Under the pieces are notes generated by a model. That model did no database searches. It was not told the DNA's origin and saw only the letters and a list, made by a program, of their open reading frames with translations. Below are positions 1-11,146 of a DNA stretch of 64,000 nucleotides, piece after piece. Both the position numbers and the translations under genes were made by a program. This stretch comes from Methanobacterium sp. (GTDB lineage: Archaea; Methanobacteriota; Methanobacteria; Methanobacteriales; Methanobacteriaceae), in assembly GCA_049706655.1 (NCBI GenBank), contig JBNAKM010000003.1, positions 121,587 through 185,586 of the forward strand. Reading direction: 5' to 3'. Numbering within the stretch: the first letter of the stretch is position 1; every line of letters starts with the position of its first letter.

Positions 1-1388
1 ATGTCTCTGACCACTGATTGAACAGCTTTTTTATTGTTAAAAATGGTTGGAACAGTCCCAGTTTCTACATATATTGCCTTACCATCTTTTCTAACAATTT
101 TTTCTTCAGTATAATCTGAACACTTTCTATCATTTTCTGCCATATAGTATCGATTTTTTGAACTTTCAATACAATCTGGATGTATAATCTCTTCTAAACT
201 CATTCCTATAATTTCCGGGGTATCTTTTGTTCCAAGAAGCTTTGCTGTTGCCTCATTTGCAAAAACTATTTTTTTATTTATAAATACCACCACTGCATCT
301 GGAGAAACATGGGTTAAAATCCGGTATCTGGTTTCGCTTTCTCTTAGAGCTTTTTCTACTTCTTTTTGAGCATTTATATCATGACATATCAGTAATTTTC
401 CAGTTTCTATATTCTGATTGTCATAAAGTGGGGCAATTTGCATTTTAATCCAACTATTAACTGGATCTTCAATAAATACTTCATCTACACAGTCCGGAGA
501 TTCTTTATAAAATGATAGTATTTCCTGCCAGTTTTTAAAAATATCCTCTGCCTTTTTGCCTGCATCTTCATGAGAAATCTGAAATATCCTTTGCGCTTCT
601 GAATTAAAATCTAGAAGCCGGTCTTCAAAATCAAATATAAAAAAGCTGTTATTCATGCTTCTAAATAGTTCATGGTATGCAATTGGAATATTATGGAGAA
701 GTTGAAACTGAAATAGAGTAAAAGCAATTAAAATTCCACTTATTACAAATAAAAAAGGAGTTAAATCCAGCCCATTGAGGGTAAATAAATTTGCTGCATA
801 GAGAATATTAGAAGTTAAAGGTATGGCAGCGCATAAAATTAGCATTGAAGTTTGATATTTATATTTTCGAGGTGAATTGATAAATGTATGGAATAGTATA
901 ACAATTCCAAGTAGAATTAAGAAGTATGCATATACCATGTTAACCCAGACGCCCATATTATGTCCGTAAATAAGTATATTTCCAGGTAAATTAGATGAAA
1001 TGATAATTTCAGGCCATATTAGGCCATGCCACTCATTGGTAAACACAAGAAAAAGAACAATAAGTGGTATAATAAAAATAAATAGAATATAACTGTTTTT
1101 AAGGAATTTTTCATATTTAGCATAGCTTAAGGAAAATAGAAGCCAAAATGGAGCTATTGTGGCAACTCCAATGTAACTTAGTTTCGCATATGCTATTTTG
1201 GAATATATATCTGTACTTGAAAACTCTAAAAATGAAAAAAGTGCCCATATACCTACAGAGATCATTAAAAGAATAAAATAATCATGTAATTTAATAGAAC
1301 GTTTTTTAAGAGCATATATTGCTAGAAAAAATGGAATTAATGATGTTATGATTAATTCCAATGAATAATGTGAAAATTGAAATCCCAT
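1..1388 (-). CDS. Membrane sensor protein, probable histidine kinase: N-terminal 7TM (HisKA_7TM-like) region plus PAS domains; runs off the left window edge
   Basis: Not in the ORF track. Hand translation from ATG at 1388 (GGAG upstream) gives MGFQFSHYSLELIITSLIPFFLAIYALKKR...SKIAYAKLSYIGVATIAPFWLLFSLSY. The window edge reads AVQSVVRD, a PAS/PAC C-terminal motif. Confidence 0.8.
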   Translation of the reverse strand, partial: MGFQFSHYSLELIITSLIPFFLAIYALKKRSIKLHDYFILLMISVGIWALFSFLEFSSTDIYSKIAYAKLSYIGVATIAPFWLLFSLSYAKYEKFLKNSYILFIFIIPLIVLFLVFTNEWHGLIWPEIIISSNLPGNILIYGHNMGVWVNMVYAYFLILLGIVILFHTFINSPRKYKYQTSMLILCAAIPLTSNILYAANLFTLNGLDLTPFLFVISGILIAFTLFQFQLLHNIPIAYHELFRSMNNSFFIFDFEDRLLDFNSEAQRIFQISHEDAGKKAEDIFKNWQEILSFYKESPDCVDEVFIEDPVNSWIKMQIAPLYDNQNIETGKLLICHDINAQKEVEKALRESETRYRILTHVSPDAVVVFINKKIVFANEATAKLLGTKDTPEIIGMSLEEIIHPDCIESSKNRYYMAENDRKCSDYTEEKIVRKDGKAIYVETGTVPTIFNNKKAVQSVVRD

Positions 1389-1831
1389 AATCAATCTCCA
1401 TAGCTAATACTAATAATTATCTATTTTAAAATATTATTTAATAATATCTTTTATGTTTTATGTATTTAACTTTTTAATTTAAAATTAACTTATTTATTTT
1501 TAAATTTAAATGCATGAAAAAATGATAATTTAACTTTATGGAGGTTAATTTAAGTAATATAAAAAATATCGGGTTTAAAGTCTATATAATGTATTTAAAG
1601 ATTATATTAATGACTTATATGATATTTAAATCAATTTAATTAGAAAAATTACTTCAATGGATAAAATTTAAGATATTTTAAGGATTACCGTAAGATATAT
1701 TTGTTGATTTATATAATATTTAAAAAGAATAAAATGGCTAATTTATTATAAAATTATAGCTAAGTGTCTGTATTGCAAATTATGATCATATTGCTGAATA
1801 TTTTTTAAATTTTACAACTAAAGGCGATAAA

Positions 1832-2800
1832 ATGCGATTTCCAATTACAAGAATGCGAAGATTAAGAAAAGATCCTCAAATAAGAAATATTTTAAGTGAA
1901 ACAAAGCTTCAACCTGAAAATTTTATTTATCCAATGTTTATTAAAGAAACATTAAAAGATGGACAAAAAGAGCATATTGATACAATGCCTGGACAATATC
2001 GATACTCATTAAATGATGCTGTAGATGAAGCTAAAAGACTTGAAGAGATGGGGTTATGCTCTGTTCTTTTATTTGGAATGCCTGAAGTAAAAGATGAAAC
2101 TGGATCTTCAGCTTACTATGATGATGGTATAGTTCAAAGGGCAGTTTATGGAATAAAAGAAGAAACTGACCTTGTAGTTATTACAGATGTCTGCATGTGT
2201 CAGTATACATCTCATGGACACTGTGGCATAATTAAAGGAGAACAAATTTTAAATGATGAAACTCTTGAATACCTTTCAAAAATTGCTTTATCTCATGCAG
2301 AAGCTGGAGCTGATATTGTAGCTCCTTCGGATATGATGGACGGTAGGATTGGGACCATAAGAGAAACTCTTGATGAAAATAACTTTGATGATACTTTGAT
2401 AATGTCTTACGCTGCTAAGTATGCATCAGCGTATTATGCTCCATTTAGGGAAGCAGTGTCCTCTGTACCTTGCTTTGGAGATAGAAAATCCTACCAGATG
2501 AATCCTGCTAACCTAAATGAAGCTTTAAGAGAAGCTGAACTTGATATTCTTGAAGGTGCAGATATTTTAATGGTAAAACCTGCAATTGCTTACCTCGATG
2601 TCATTAAAAGCATTAAAGACGCTTTTAGTTTGCCTACTGCAGCTTATCAGGTAAGTGGAGAATATTCAATGTTTATGGCAGGTATAAAAGCAGGATATCT
2701 TACTGAAGATGTCATATTCGAATCATTAACATCTATTAAACGTGCTGGTGCAGATCTTATTATTTCTCATTTTGCACCCGAATTTTTAAAAACAATATGA
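1832..2800 (+). CDS. hemB: Porphobilinogen synthase (delta-aminolevulinate dehydratase)
   Basis: [14 protein letters not shown] zinc motif; [37 protein letters not shown]. Confidence 0.98.
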   Translation: MRFPITRMRRLRKDPQIRNILSETKLQPENFIYPMFIKETLKDGQKEHIDTMPGQYRYSLNDAVDEAKRLEEMGLCSVLLFGMPEVKDETGSSAYYDDGIVQRAVYGIKEETDLVVITDVCMCQYTSHGHCGIIKGEQILNDETLEYLSKIALSHAEAGADIVAPSDMMDGRIGTIRETLDENNFDDTLIMSYAAKYASAYYAPFREAVSSVPCFGDRKSYQMNPANLNEALREAELDILEGADILMVKPAIAYLDVIKSIKDAFSLPTAAYQVSGEYSMFMAGIKAGYLTEDVIFESLTSIKRAGADLIISHFAPEFLKTI

Positions 2801-2829
2801 TCAACTAAAAATCAAATGGAGAAAACAAG

Positions 2830-3735
2830 ATGAATCCGGAGTTAATCGGTAAAATCGCACAAATTGCATCAGTTCTTGAAGTAAGCGGCCATCCAAAACC
2901 AGGAAATGTACATCGTACGCAAGATTTCGACGACATGATTTTTGAGGACTTCCTTATAAGCGGAATTGTAATTGGAGATTTAATGAAAAAAGCTGCTGAA
3001 AGAGGAATGAAATATAAAGATGATTATTCACTTCATAAAATACGCCTTGGAGAAATAATAAAAGAAGCAGTTCTTGAAACAGATAAATGGATTGGAAATA
3101 ATACCAATTTAGGTATCATAATTCTTTTAACACCATTATGTGCAGCAGCAGGAATGAGCAGTAATATTGAAGAATTAAGGAAAAATGTAGAGAGAATAAT
3201 GAGAGCAACTACCTCTAAAGATGCAGTTAATCTCTATGATGCAATTAATGCTGCTGATGCCGGTGGAATGGGTGAACAGGAAGAGCTGGATGTTGCAGAT
3301 GCAGAAGCAAGGGGCAGAATTATAAAAGAAGATATAAACATGTTTAAGGTGTTTGAAATGTCTGCTAAATGGGATTTGTTATCTACAGAACTTACAACTG
3401 GAATGCCAGTAACTTTTGAAACTGGTTTTCCTACATTTAAAGAAATAAAAGCTGAATATGGTCTAAATAAAGCTACAGTTCAAACATTTCTTACTATTTT
3501 AGCCAATAATCCTGATACATTAATTTCCCGTAAATATGGAAATGACACTGCAAGAATAGTTTCAGCTGATGCAGATTCTATATTACAAAATGGTGGAATA
3601 TTAAATGCTCAAGGAGAGCTTTTAATACGCCAATTCGACCAACAGCTTTTGAAAAATAAATTTAATCCGGGAACAACAGCAGATATAACTGCTGCTTCAA
3701 TTATGGTAGCATTTCTGGATGAATTTGGACAGTGA
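2830..3735 (+). CDS. citG: CitG-family (triphosphoribosyl-dephospho-CoA synthase-like) protein
   Basis: LEVSGHPKPGNVHR, NTNLG, DTLISRKYG, NPGTTADITAA motifs. Confidence 0.88.
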   Translation: MNPELIGKIAQIASVLEVSGHPKPGNVHRTQDFDDMIFEDFLISGIVIGDLMKKAAERGMKYKDDYSLHKIRLGEIIKEAVLETDKWIGNNTNLGIIILLTPLCAAAGMSSNIEELRKNVERIMRATTSKDAVNLYDAINAADAGGMGEQEELDVADAEARGRIIKEDINMFKVFEMSAKWDLLSTELTTGMPVTFETGFPTFKEIKAEYGLNKATVQTFLTILANNPDTLISRKYGNDTARIVSADADSILQNGGILNAQGELLIRQFDQQLLKNKFNPGTTADITAASIMVAFLDEFGQ

Positions 3736-3801
3736 ATTTAAGGTTAATAAGGTATAAAACTAAAATAAAATTATTTCATTTATTGCACTGGAGAAAATAA
3801 A

Positions 3802-5331
3802 ATGCTTCAAAATATTATTGATGAATTACACATTTACGAGAAAAAAGTTTTAAAGGGATTGGAAGCATCAGGTTATGAAGCAACACCTGAAGAAATTGTA
3901 GAATCCCAAAAAATGGATATTAAATCTGTTATGAGTGCTTCTGGTTCTTTAGAATCTAAAGGTCTTATTGAAGTTCAAAAAGATGTCGACGAGGTTATCA
4001 GTTTAAGTGAAACTGGAAAAGAATATGCTGAAGAGGGTTTACCTGAAAGAAGAGTACTGTCAGTCTTAAACAAAGAAGATTCTATCCCTATGAAGGATAT
4101 GGGTCCTAAGGCAGGATTAGGTTCTTCTGAAGTAAAAGTCGCTATTGGATGGCTGCGGAAGAAAAATTGGGCTACTATCGATAAAGGTAATGTTAAGATA
4201 ACTGATGAAGGAAGAAAAGCAGTTTCAGAAGAATACAGCGACGAAGTTCTCCTTGATAAAATTCTTGAAGTAAATAAATTACTGTTTTTTAACCCATCTA
4301 AGTTACTAGAGGAGGGATTTAACCTTTTAAAGAAAAGAAAAGGAATATTAGAAGTTAAAAAAGAACCTAAATTTAAACTAAAAGTTACTGAAAAAGGTAA
4401 AGAGCTTCTGGATATAGGAATTGAAATAAGGGAAGAAGCTACTCAATTGACTCATGAACAGCTAAAAACAGGTTCATGGAAGGAATTGAGTTTTAGAGGC
4501 TATGATGTCCATGCAGAACACCCTGAAACTTTCCCCGGTAAAATGCACCCTCTACAAAGGACAATTAATGATATAAGGCAAATTTTTCTTAATATGGGGT
4601 TTACAGAATCTGAAGGTTCAATATTAGAATCAGCATTCTGGAATTTCGACTGTCTTTTCCAACCTCAAGATCATGCAGCGCGTGAAATGCAAGATACTTT
4701 TTATATAAAAGAGCCTAAAGAAGTAAATTTGCCTTCATCAGAGCTTGTAGATAAGGTTTCAGATGCTCATGAAACTGGAGGATCTACTGGTTCTGAAGGT
4801 TGGGGTTATTCATGGGATTTAGATGTTGCCAAGCAATCAGTACTTCGAACTCACACAACATGTGTTTCTGCACGTTATTTAGCTGAAAATAAGCCTCCTT
4901 TAAAGATGTTTTCTGTTGGAAGAGTCTTTAGAAGGGAAACAATAACTTATAAACATCTTCCTGAGTTTCATCAAGTAGAGGGGATAATTGCAGCAGAGGA
5001 TATTACATTTAAAAACCTACTTGGCATTTTAAAAGAATTCTATCATAAGTTAGGATTTGAAGTTAGATTTAGACCTGCTTATTTCCCTTATACATATTTA
5101 TCTGTTGAATGTGAGATTTATCTTCCGGATAAGGAGACCTGGATTGAGCTTGGTGGTGCAGGAATGTTTAGACCTGAAGTTTTAGAACCTCTTGGAGTTA
5201 AAACTCCTGTTGCAGCATTTGGGCTTGGTATTGAGAGACTTGCAATGATGAGACTTAATATTAAGGATATCAGAATGCTCTACAAGAGTGATATTGGCTG
5301 GTTAAGGCATTTACCTGTAAAATTAGATTAG
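3802..5331 (+). CDS. pheS: Phenylalanine--tRNA ligase alpha subunit (archaeal type)
   Basis: [57 protein letters not shown]. Confidence 0.98.
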   Translation: MLQNIIDELHIYEKKVLKGLEASGYEATPEEIVESQKMDIKSVMSASGSLESKGLIEVQKDVDEVISLSETGKEYAEEGLPERRVLSVLNKEDSIPMKDMGPKAGLGSSEVKVAIGWLRKKNWATIDKGNVKITDEGRKAVSEEYSDEVLLDKILEVNKLLFFNPSKLLEEGFNLLKKRKGILEVKKEPKFKLKVTEKGKELLDIGIEIREEATQLTHEQLKTGSWKELSFRGYDVHAEHPETFPGKMHPLQRTINDIRQIFLNMGFTESEGSILESAFWNFDCLFQPQDHAAREMQDTFYIKEPKEVNLPSSELVDKVSDAHETGGSTGSEGWGYSWDLDVAKQSVLRTHTTCVSARYLAENKPPLKMFSVGRVFRRETITYKHLPEFHQVEGIIAAEDITFKNLLGILKEFYHKLGFEVRFRPAYFPYTYLSVECEIYLPDKETWIELGGAGMFRPEVLEPLGVKTPVAAFGLGIERLAMMRLNIKDIRMLYKSDIGWLRHLPVKLD

Positions 5332-5448
5332 TTAAACTTAACCTTTCAAATTTTTATTTTATATCTAATTTGTTATTTTTCAATAACTTGGATATAATAT
5401 AACTTTTATAAATAGTGGCATAATTCATTACTTTTATAAGGAGATTTA

Positions 5449-8187
5449 ATGTCATTTAAACAACAAGTTGATATTGTATCCCGATTAAAATTAATATCCG
5501 AAATTTTTGCCATTGCTATTTTTATCGGCGGCTTAATAATATTTTTAGGCTGGACATTTGACATTACTATTTTCAAAACTCCAGGACCTGCTTTTTCTGC
5601 AGTTAAGACTAATACGGCCCTATGTTTCATATTTTTAGGTTTATCTTTATGGTTTCTACAAGAAAAAAGGTCAAATAAAAATAATTTGCTGATTGGAAGA
5701 ATATTGGCAATTATAGCTGCATTAATAGGTTTTTTAACTCTCTGTCAGTATTTGTTTCATATTAACTTAGGGATAGATCAGCTTATTTTTTCTGAATCAT
5801 TGGGAGCAGTTCAAACTTCTTATCCAAATAGAATGGCAGATATAACTGCAATGATATTTTTATTAATTGGAACTGCACTTCTAATTCTAGATAATAAAAT
5901 TGGTAAAAATTACTTTCCTTTCCAGTATTTAGCTCTTATAGGAGGCTCAATAACGCTTCTAATTACCCTCGGTTACGTTTATCAAACTTCAATTTACAGT
6001 AATCAATCTGGATCGATTCCTTCTGTTTATACCACAATACTATTTACTCTATTGTTTTTTGGTGTTATCTTTTCACGCCCAGATAAAGGAATAATGAAAA
6101 TATTAACTAGTAGCAGAATAAGTGGCGCATTTGGCCGGCGTATTTTACCTGCTGTTATATTTATACCCTTAATTTTAGGATTACTACGTTTTTTAGGAGA
6201 AATATATGGTTTATATGATGCTGCATTTGGAGTGGCTTTAATGGCATTTTCTACAATTATCATTTTAGTTTTAATTGTATGGGGAAGTATGGTATCTCTT
6301 GATAAAGCAGATATTCAACGTTTAAAAGCAGAAGAATATAATAAATTTCAGGCAAGAGCTTTAGGTCAGATAAAAGATGCAGTTGTAGCCACAGACAATG
6401 ATTATTTTATTAATTACTGGAATAAAGGTGCAGAGAAGTTATATAATGTTAAAGCAGCGGATGCAATTGGTAAAAAATTGGATGAAATATATAAATACCA
6501 ATGGCTTAACCCTGCAGATGAAATGGAATCAATTAATTCTTTAAAGACTATTGGAAGCTGGAAAGGCCAGAGTATCCATATAAGAAATGATGGAGAAAAA
6601 ATATACGTTGAATCATCAGTCAATATTCTTAAAGAGGATGAAAATAGCGTTATTGGAACTCTTGGAGTTATACGTGATATTACTGAACGAAAAAGAGCTG
6701 AAAAAGCCATTGTTGAATCGAGAAATTATTTAGATAAAATCATTAATTCAATTCCAGATCCTGTTTTTGTTAAAGATCGTGATCACTGTTGGACTTTAGT
6801 AAATGATGCATTTTGCGAATTTATAGGTTATCCCCGTAAAGAGCTTTTAGGTAAATCAGATTATGATTTTTTCCCTAAAAATGAAGCAGATGTATTTTGG
6901 AGAAAGGATGAGGAAGTATTTATTTCAGGTATTGAGAACATTAATGAAGAAGAATTTACAGATTCTGAAGGTAATATACATATCATAGTTACTAAAAAAA
7001 CATTGTATTCTGATATTTCTAGGAAAAAGTACATAGTAGCTATTATAAGAGATATAACTGAGATTAAGGAAATCCAGGATGCATATAAAGAAAGTGAGCA
7101 AAAATACAGGGAACTAATTGAAAATGCTAACAGTATCATAATTAAAATGGATAAAAATGGCCATATTATGTTCTTTAATGAGTTTGCAGAGCATTTCTTT
7201 GGTTTTTCTAAAGAAGAAATAATAGGAAAAAATGTTATTGGCACTATAGTTCCTGAAATTGAGTCTTCTGGTCGAGACCTTGAAGAACTTATCAAAAATA
7301 TTTTAAAATCCCCAGAAAATCATCAAACTAGTGAAAATGAAAATATCACTAAAGATGGGAAAAAAGTATGGATTTCATGGGCTAATCGGGAAATTTATGA
7401 TAAAAAAGGAGAATTAATAGGCATTTTAAGTGTTGGAACAGATGTTACTGAGCGTAATAAAATTGAAAAAGAAAGAGAAGAACTTATTAAAGAACTGGAG
7501 CGATCCAACTATGAGCTTCGGCAATTTGCTTATATAACTTCTCATGACTTGCAGGAACCTCTTAGAAGCATTACAAGTTTTGCACAACTTCTAGAAATTA
7601 GATATAAATGCCAATTGGATGATGAAGCCGATGAATACATTGATTTTATAGTTAATGGTGGCCATAGAATGAAGGAAATGATTCAGGGCCTTCTAGAATA
7701 TTCACAAATTGGTACAAGTGAAAAGAAGTTAAAACCTGTAAATACTGAAGATATACTTAAAAAAGCTGTTTCTAACCTTAACACTGCTATTGAAGAGAAT
7801 AATGCATCAATAACAAATGATCCTCTCCCTATAGTACTGGGAAATGAAGGTCAGCTTATCCGATTATTCCAAAATTTAATTGGAAACGCTATTAAGTTTA
7901 AAAAGGCAGATGAACAGCCGAAAATTCATATATCCATTAATCCAGATACAAAAAACAACAGATACATATTTAAATTTGAGGATAATGGAATTGGAATTGA
8001 TCCTCAATATAAGGACCGTATTTTTGAAGTTTTCAAACGTTTACATACTCTTGATGAATATATGGGGACAGGAATTGGCCTTTCAATCAGCAAAAGGATT
8101 ATAGAAGTTCATGGCGGTGAAATATGGATGCAATCTGAACTTGGAAAAGGTTCTATCTTCTATTTCACCCTCAAATCTGCTACATAA
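5449..8187 (+). CDS. Membrane-bound multi-PAS sensor histidine kinase
   Basis: Hydrophobic N-terminal region, three PAS/PAC repeats (RDITERK, RDITEIK, TDVTERN), H-box SHDLQEPLR, N-box NLIGNAIKF, G-boxes DNGIGI and GTGIGL. Confidence 0.95.
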   Translation: MSFKQQVDIVSRLKLISEIFAIAIFIGGLIIFLGWTFDITIFKTPGPAFSAVKTNTALCFIFLGLSLWFLQEKRSNKNNLLIGRILAIIAALIGFLTLCQYLFHINLGIDQLIFSESLGAVQTSYPNRMADITAMIFLLIGTALLILDNKIGKNYFPFQYLALIGGSITLLITLGYVYQTSIYSNQSGSIPSVYTTILFTLLFFGVIFSRPDKGIMKILTSSRISGAFGRRILPAVIFIPLILGLLRFLGEIYGLYDAAFGVALMAFSTIIILVLIVWGSMVSLDKADIQRLKAEEYNKFQARALGQIKDAVVATDNDYFINYWNKGAEKLYNVKAADAIGKKLDEIYKYQWLNPADEMESINSLKTIGSWKGQSIHIRNDGEKIYVESSVNILKEDENSVIGTLGVIRDITERKRAEKAIVESRNYLDKIINSIPDPVFVKDRDHCWTLVNDAFCEFIGYPRKELLGKSDYDFFPKNEADVFWRKDEEVFISGIENINEEEFTDSEGNIHIIVTKKTLYSDISRKKYIVAIIRDITEIKEIQDAYKESEQKYRELIENANSIIIKMDKNGHIMFFNEFAEHFFGFSKEEIIGKNVIGTIVPEIESSGRDLEELIKNILKSPENHQTSENENITKDGKKVWISWANREIYDKKGELIGILSVGTDVTERNKIEKEREELIKELERSNYELRQFAYITSHDLQEPLRSITSFAQLLEIRYKCQLDDEADEYIDFIVNGGHRMKEMIQGLLEYSQIGTSEKKLKPVNTEDILKKAVSNLNTAIEENNASITNDPLPIVLGNEGQLIRLFQNLIGNAIKFKKADEQPKIHISINPDTKNNRYIFKFEDNGIGIDPQYKDRIFEVFKRLHTLDEYMGTGIGLSISKRIIEVHGGEIWMQSELGKGSIFYFTLKSAT

Positions 8188-8225
8188 TATAAAATTGATA
8201 AAATTAATTTTATTTAATAAATATG

Positions 8226-8489
8226 CTATTTCCTAAAGCGAAAAATTATAATTACCGTTGCAAGACCCAAAAAAATTCCAATTGCATTTGGAGTAACAAT
8301 AAAAAAGTCATTGGTGCCTAAACCATAAATTACCCAGCAAAAACAATTTATAATCATTACAAGGTACATTATTGGAGAAACGGTATGAGATGTCTTATCT
8401 CTTATTATGTCTTTAATTTGATCAATAGGGCTTATAAACATCAATATTGCAAAAAAACTCGCGATTAGCCCTATAGTTTCAATTGACAT
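8226..8489 (-). CDS. SemiSWEET / MtN3-family three-helix transporter
   Basis: 87 aa, three hydrophobic segments, MFISP...IIRDK...SP, NCFCWVIYG and TPNAIG motifs. Confidence 0.85.
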   Translation of the reverse strand: MSIETIGLIASFFAILMFISPIDQIKDIIRDKTSHTVSPIMYLVMIINCFCWVIYGLGTNDFFIVTPNAIGIFLGLATVIIIFRFRK

Positions 8490-8621
8490 GATCTAAATTA
8501 TATTTAAATTAAAATTTAAATTTTTTTAAATTCTAGTTTTAATTAGATTTTAATCTCTACTTAAACTAAATTTCTTAAAAATTGGGAAAAGTAATAGAAT
8601 TAATCAACATTAGAAGTTATA

Positions 8622-10175
8622 TTAAGAATTATCTTGAAGAAGAGTCTTCTTTAGCTCCCTTATTGATTCAGTTATTAAATCAATTCTAATTACGTTAATA
8701 TCATTTTTCTGCAGATACATTGCAAGCTGTACTGGAGTTAAAGTTTCTTCTATATCTAAAAGAATTGCATCAGCTTCAGATGCAATAGCATATACTCCAT
8801 AATCTTTTAGAACTTTGAAAGCAGCTTCTATATCATTTGTTTTTACTCTATAAGAACGTACTTTTTTTTCTACATCTGCAATATCAATATTTTTTCTTTG
8901 AAGTTCAATAAGAATATGTTTTCTAAGGGTATCTTTGATTATATCTAAATCGATATTTTCTTTTCCCTGATTTATACGTACGGCTTGTGCAATCTGGGCT
9001 AAATCTCTTGCATGGGCAAAACTTGGTTGTAAACCTTCTCCTCCTTCTGAAATTGGAGTATATACATTTAAAAATTTAGTTACAACTTCCACATCATAGA
9101 TTTCTCCTAATTCATCCAAATTTTTCATAAATACCTCTGCAAGCTCATCAAGAGGTGGATTTTTAAGGAAGATATGTAATGGTGCTCTCCTTAAGTGAGC
9201 TTCGTCCATGATACTTATATCTAAATTAGTTGAAAAAGCAGGAATAAAATGGCTGTGTACAATTACAGGAACTCCCCTTACATAAATAACATCTCTTTTA
9301 TTTTCCATTGGAACAATAAGTCTATTTAAAAGAAGTTCATGATCATCACGCTGTCTTCCGAGGTCATCTATTAAAAGAACTCCACCATTAGCTTTAATAA
9401 TAGGTGAAGTTTCATAAACACCTTTATCTGGATTATAATTTGTTTCAAGTTTATTTAGGCTGAGTTCTGCACCTGTAAGTACAAAGGGCGCATGTATTTT
9501 AACCCATCTTGGATCTTCTGGCTGCTCGGGACATTTTTTATGGAAATCAGGGTCATAAAATTGAATTACTGCCCCTCCAAATTCTATAAATTTGGGAATT
9601 ATGCTTGGTGGAAGAAGATCTGACATTTTACTTATAATAAATGTTTTACCAGTCCCTGGAGGTCCATATATGAAAATACCTTTTCCAATTGTAGATGATT
9701 CTAATAATACTTCTTTTGCATGTTCTACTCCTACAACATCAAGGAATGTTTTTTCAACAACATTATCAGGGATACTTATTGGATGCCTTCCTTTTAATTG
9801 GGCCTCCATAATTTCATAGTAATCATCATAAGAAACAGGTGCCATACCAATATATGGATTTTCCTCAATTGCTCTTCTGGCTTTTTCATGTCCTTTTTTT
9901 GTTACAGTATATTCAACGCTTGAAAAAAGGAAACCACCACCAGTAGGAGCACAAAAACCATCTTCTTCCAGTTTTCTAAGGGTTTGTTCTAAAATGTCCC
10001 AGTGAATACCCGTCATTTCATTTATTAAACTTGTTTTTATGGTTCCATAGCTTGATATAATCTTTAAAATTAAATTTTTAATAAAGGACTCTGAGAGTTT
10101 TAATTGTTCGAGGTTTCGGGGTTGCTTAAGGATTTCAAAAATTTTTTCCATTTTCTCATCGTGATAGTAGTTCAT
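8622..10175 (-). CDS. AAA+ family ATPase with N-terminal winged-helix-like region, function unknown
   Basis: Walker A GPPGTGKT, Walker B LLIDDLG, sensor-1-like FSTN, arginine-finger-like HLRR; SD AGGTGA. Confidence 0.8.
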   Translation of the reverse strand: MNYYHDEKMEKIFEILKQPRNLEQLKLSESFIKNLILKIISSYGTIKTSLINEMTGIHWDILEQTLRKLEEDGFCAPTGGGFLFSSVEYTVTKKGHEKARRAIEENPYIGMAPVSYDDYYEIMEAQLKGRHPISIPDNVVEKTFLDVVGVEHAKEVLLESSTIGKGIFIYGPPGTGKTFIISKMSDLLPPSIIPKFIEFGGAVIQFYDPDFHKKCPEQPEDPRWVKIHAPFVLTGAELSLNKLETNYNPDKGVYETSPIIKANGGVLLIDDLGRQRDDHELLLNRLIVPMENKRDVIYVRGVPVIVHSHFIPAFSTNLDISIMDEAHLRRAPLHIFLKNPPLDELAEVFMKNLDELGEIYDVEVVTKFLNVYTPISEGGEGLQPSFAHARDLAQIAQAVRINQGKENIDLDIIKDTLRKHILIELQRKNIDIADVEKKVRSYRVKTNDIEAAFKVLKDYGVYAIASEADAILLDIEETLTPVQLAMYLQKNDINVIRIDLITESIRELKKTLLQDNS

Positions 10176-10290
10176 CTAATCACCTGAATCATTTGGATCC
10201 GCTGAATTTCTTCAATAGAGTGTTGATTATTATTCATAAGTTTTTAAAATATATAACTGTGTATTGTCACGCTTTATTCATGCATTATAA

Positions 10291-10971
10291 TTATAATAAG
10301 TCCTGAAGTTGACCAATATGTTCAATTACATCTATTTTAATACCTTTCTTTTCAAGATAGGCCATATCAGTTTCTGTTAAATTAGAATTAACGAGTATAG
10401 CTGACATACCTGATTCCAGCGCACCTTGTATATCTTCACTAAATTTATTACCAATCATAATAGATTCTTCAGCAGAACACTCCATTTTTTCCATTGCGGT
10501 CTTAAAAATTTGCGTATCTGGTTTATTAACTCCTGCTTCTTCAGATGTTATAACATGATCAAAAAAGTGATGGAGATCAAGTCGAATTAATTTTTCCCAT
10601 TGTTTAATAGTTAGACCATTTGAAATAACCCCTAAGCGATAACCTCTTTTTTTGAGATGGATCAGTGTTTTGGTCGTTTGTGGAAATAGTCTTAAAAGTG
10701 CAAATTTAACATTATGATAGGTAATCATTCCTAAAGCTATTAAAAGAGGCTTTTCTTCTCCAAAGACTCTCTTAGTTAGAATATTAAAATGTTTATCATA
10801 ATTTGATCCGTATTCACTGATTATTTCTCTTAAAAGTTTATATGCTTCGTCTGATTCAAGAGGTAAGCCAGCATCAATCATTACATTTAATGCAGCCTTT
10901 CTTGCAAGCTTTGCAAAGCCAGAAGTGTCATATAATGTATCATCAATATCAAAAAAAACTACTTTTATCAT
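10291..10971 (-). CDS. HAD-superfamily hydrolase
   Basis: FFDIDDTLYD motif I, ISNG, KPD, IGNKFSEDI; ATG at 10971 lies behind a GGTG SD. Confidence 0.93.
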   Translation of the reverse strand: MIKVVFFDIDDTLYDTSGFAKLARKAALNVMIDAGLPLESDEAYKLLREIISEYGSNYDKHFNILTKRVFGEEKPLLIALGMITYHNVKFALLRLFPQTTKTLIHLKKRGYRLGVISNGLTIKQWEKLIRLDLHHFFDHVITSEEAGVNKPDTQIFKTAMEKMECSAEESIMIGNKFSEDIQGALESGMSAILVNSNLTETDMAYLEKKGIKIDVIEHIGQLQDLL

Positions 10972-11146
10972 TATCACACCGGATATAGTTGTAAAGAATT
11001 GATTATAATCTTGTAATTAAGAAGATATAAACTTAAGGAAAAAGAAATTATGTTTTATTCCTCTGTAGAACAATAAAGATAAATAAACAATTTAAATCTT
11101 AAAAAACAAGTTATATCTATTTATTAATAAAAATAAACGAATATGT

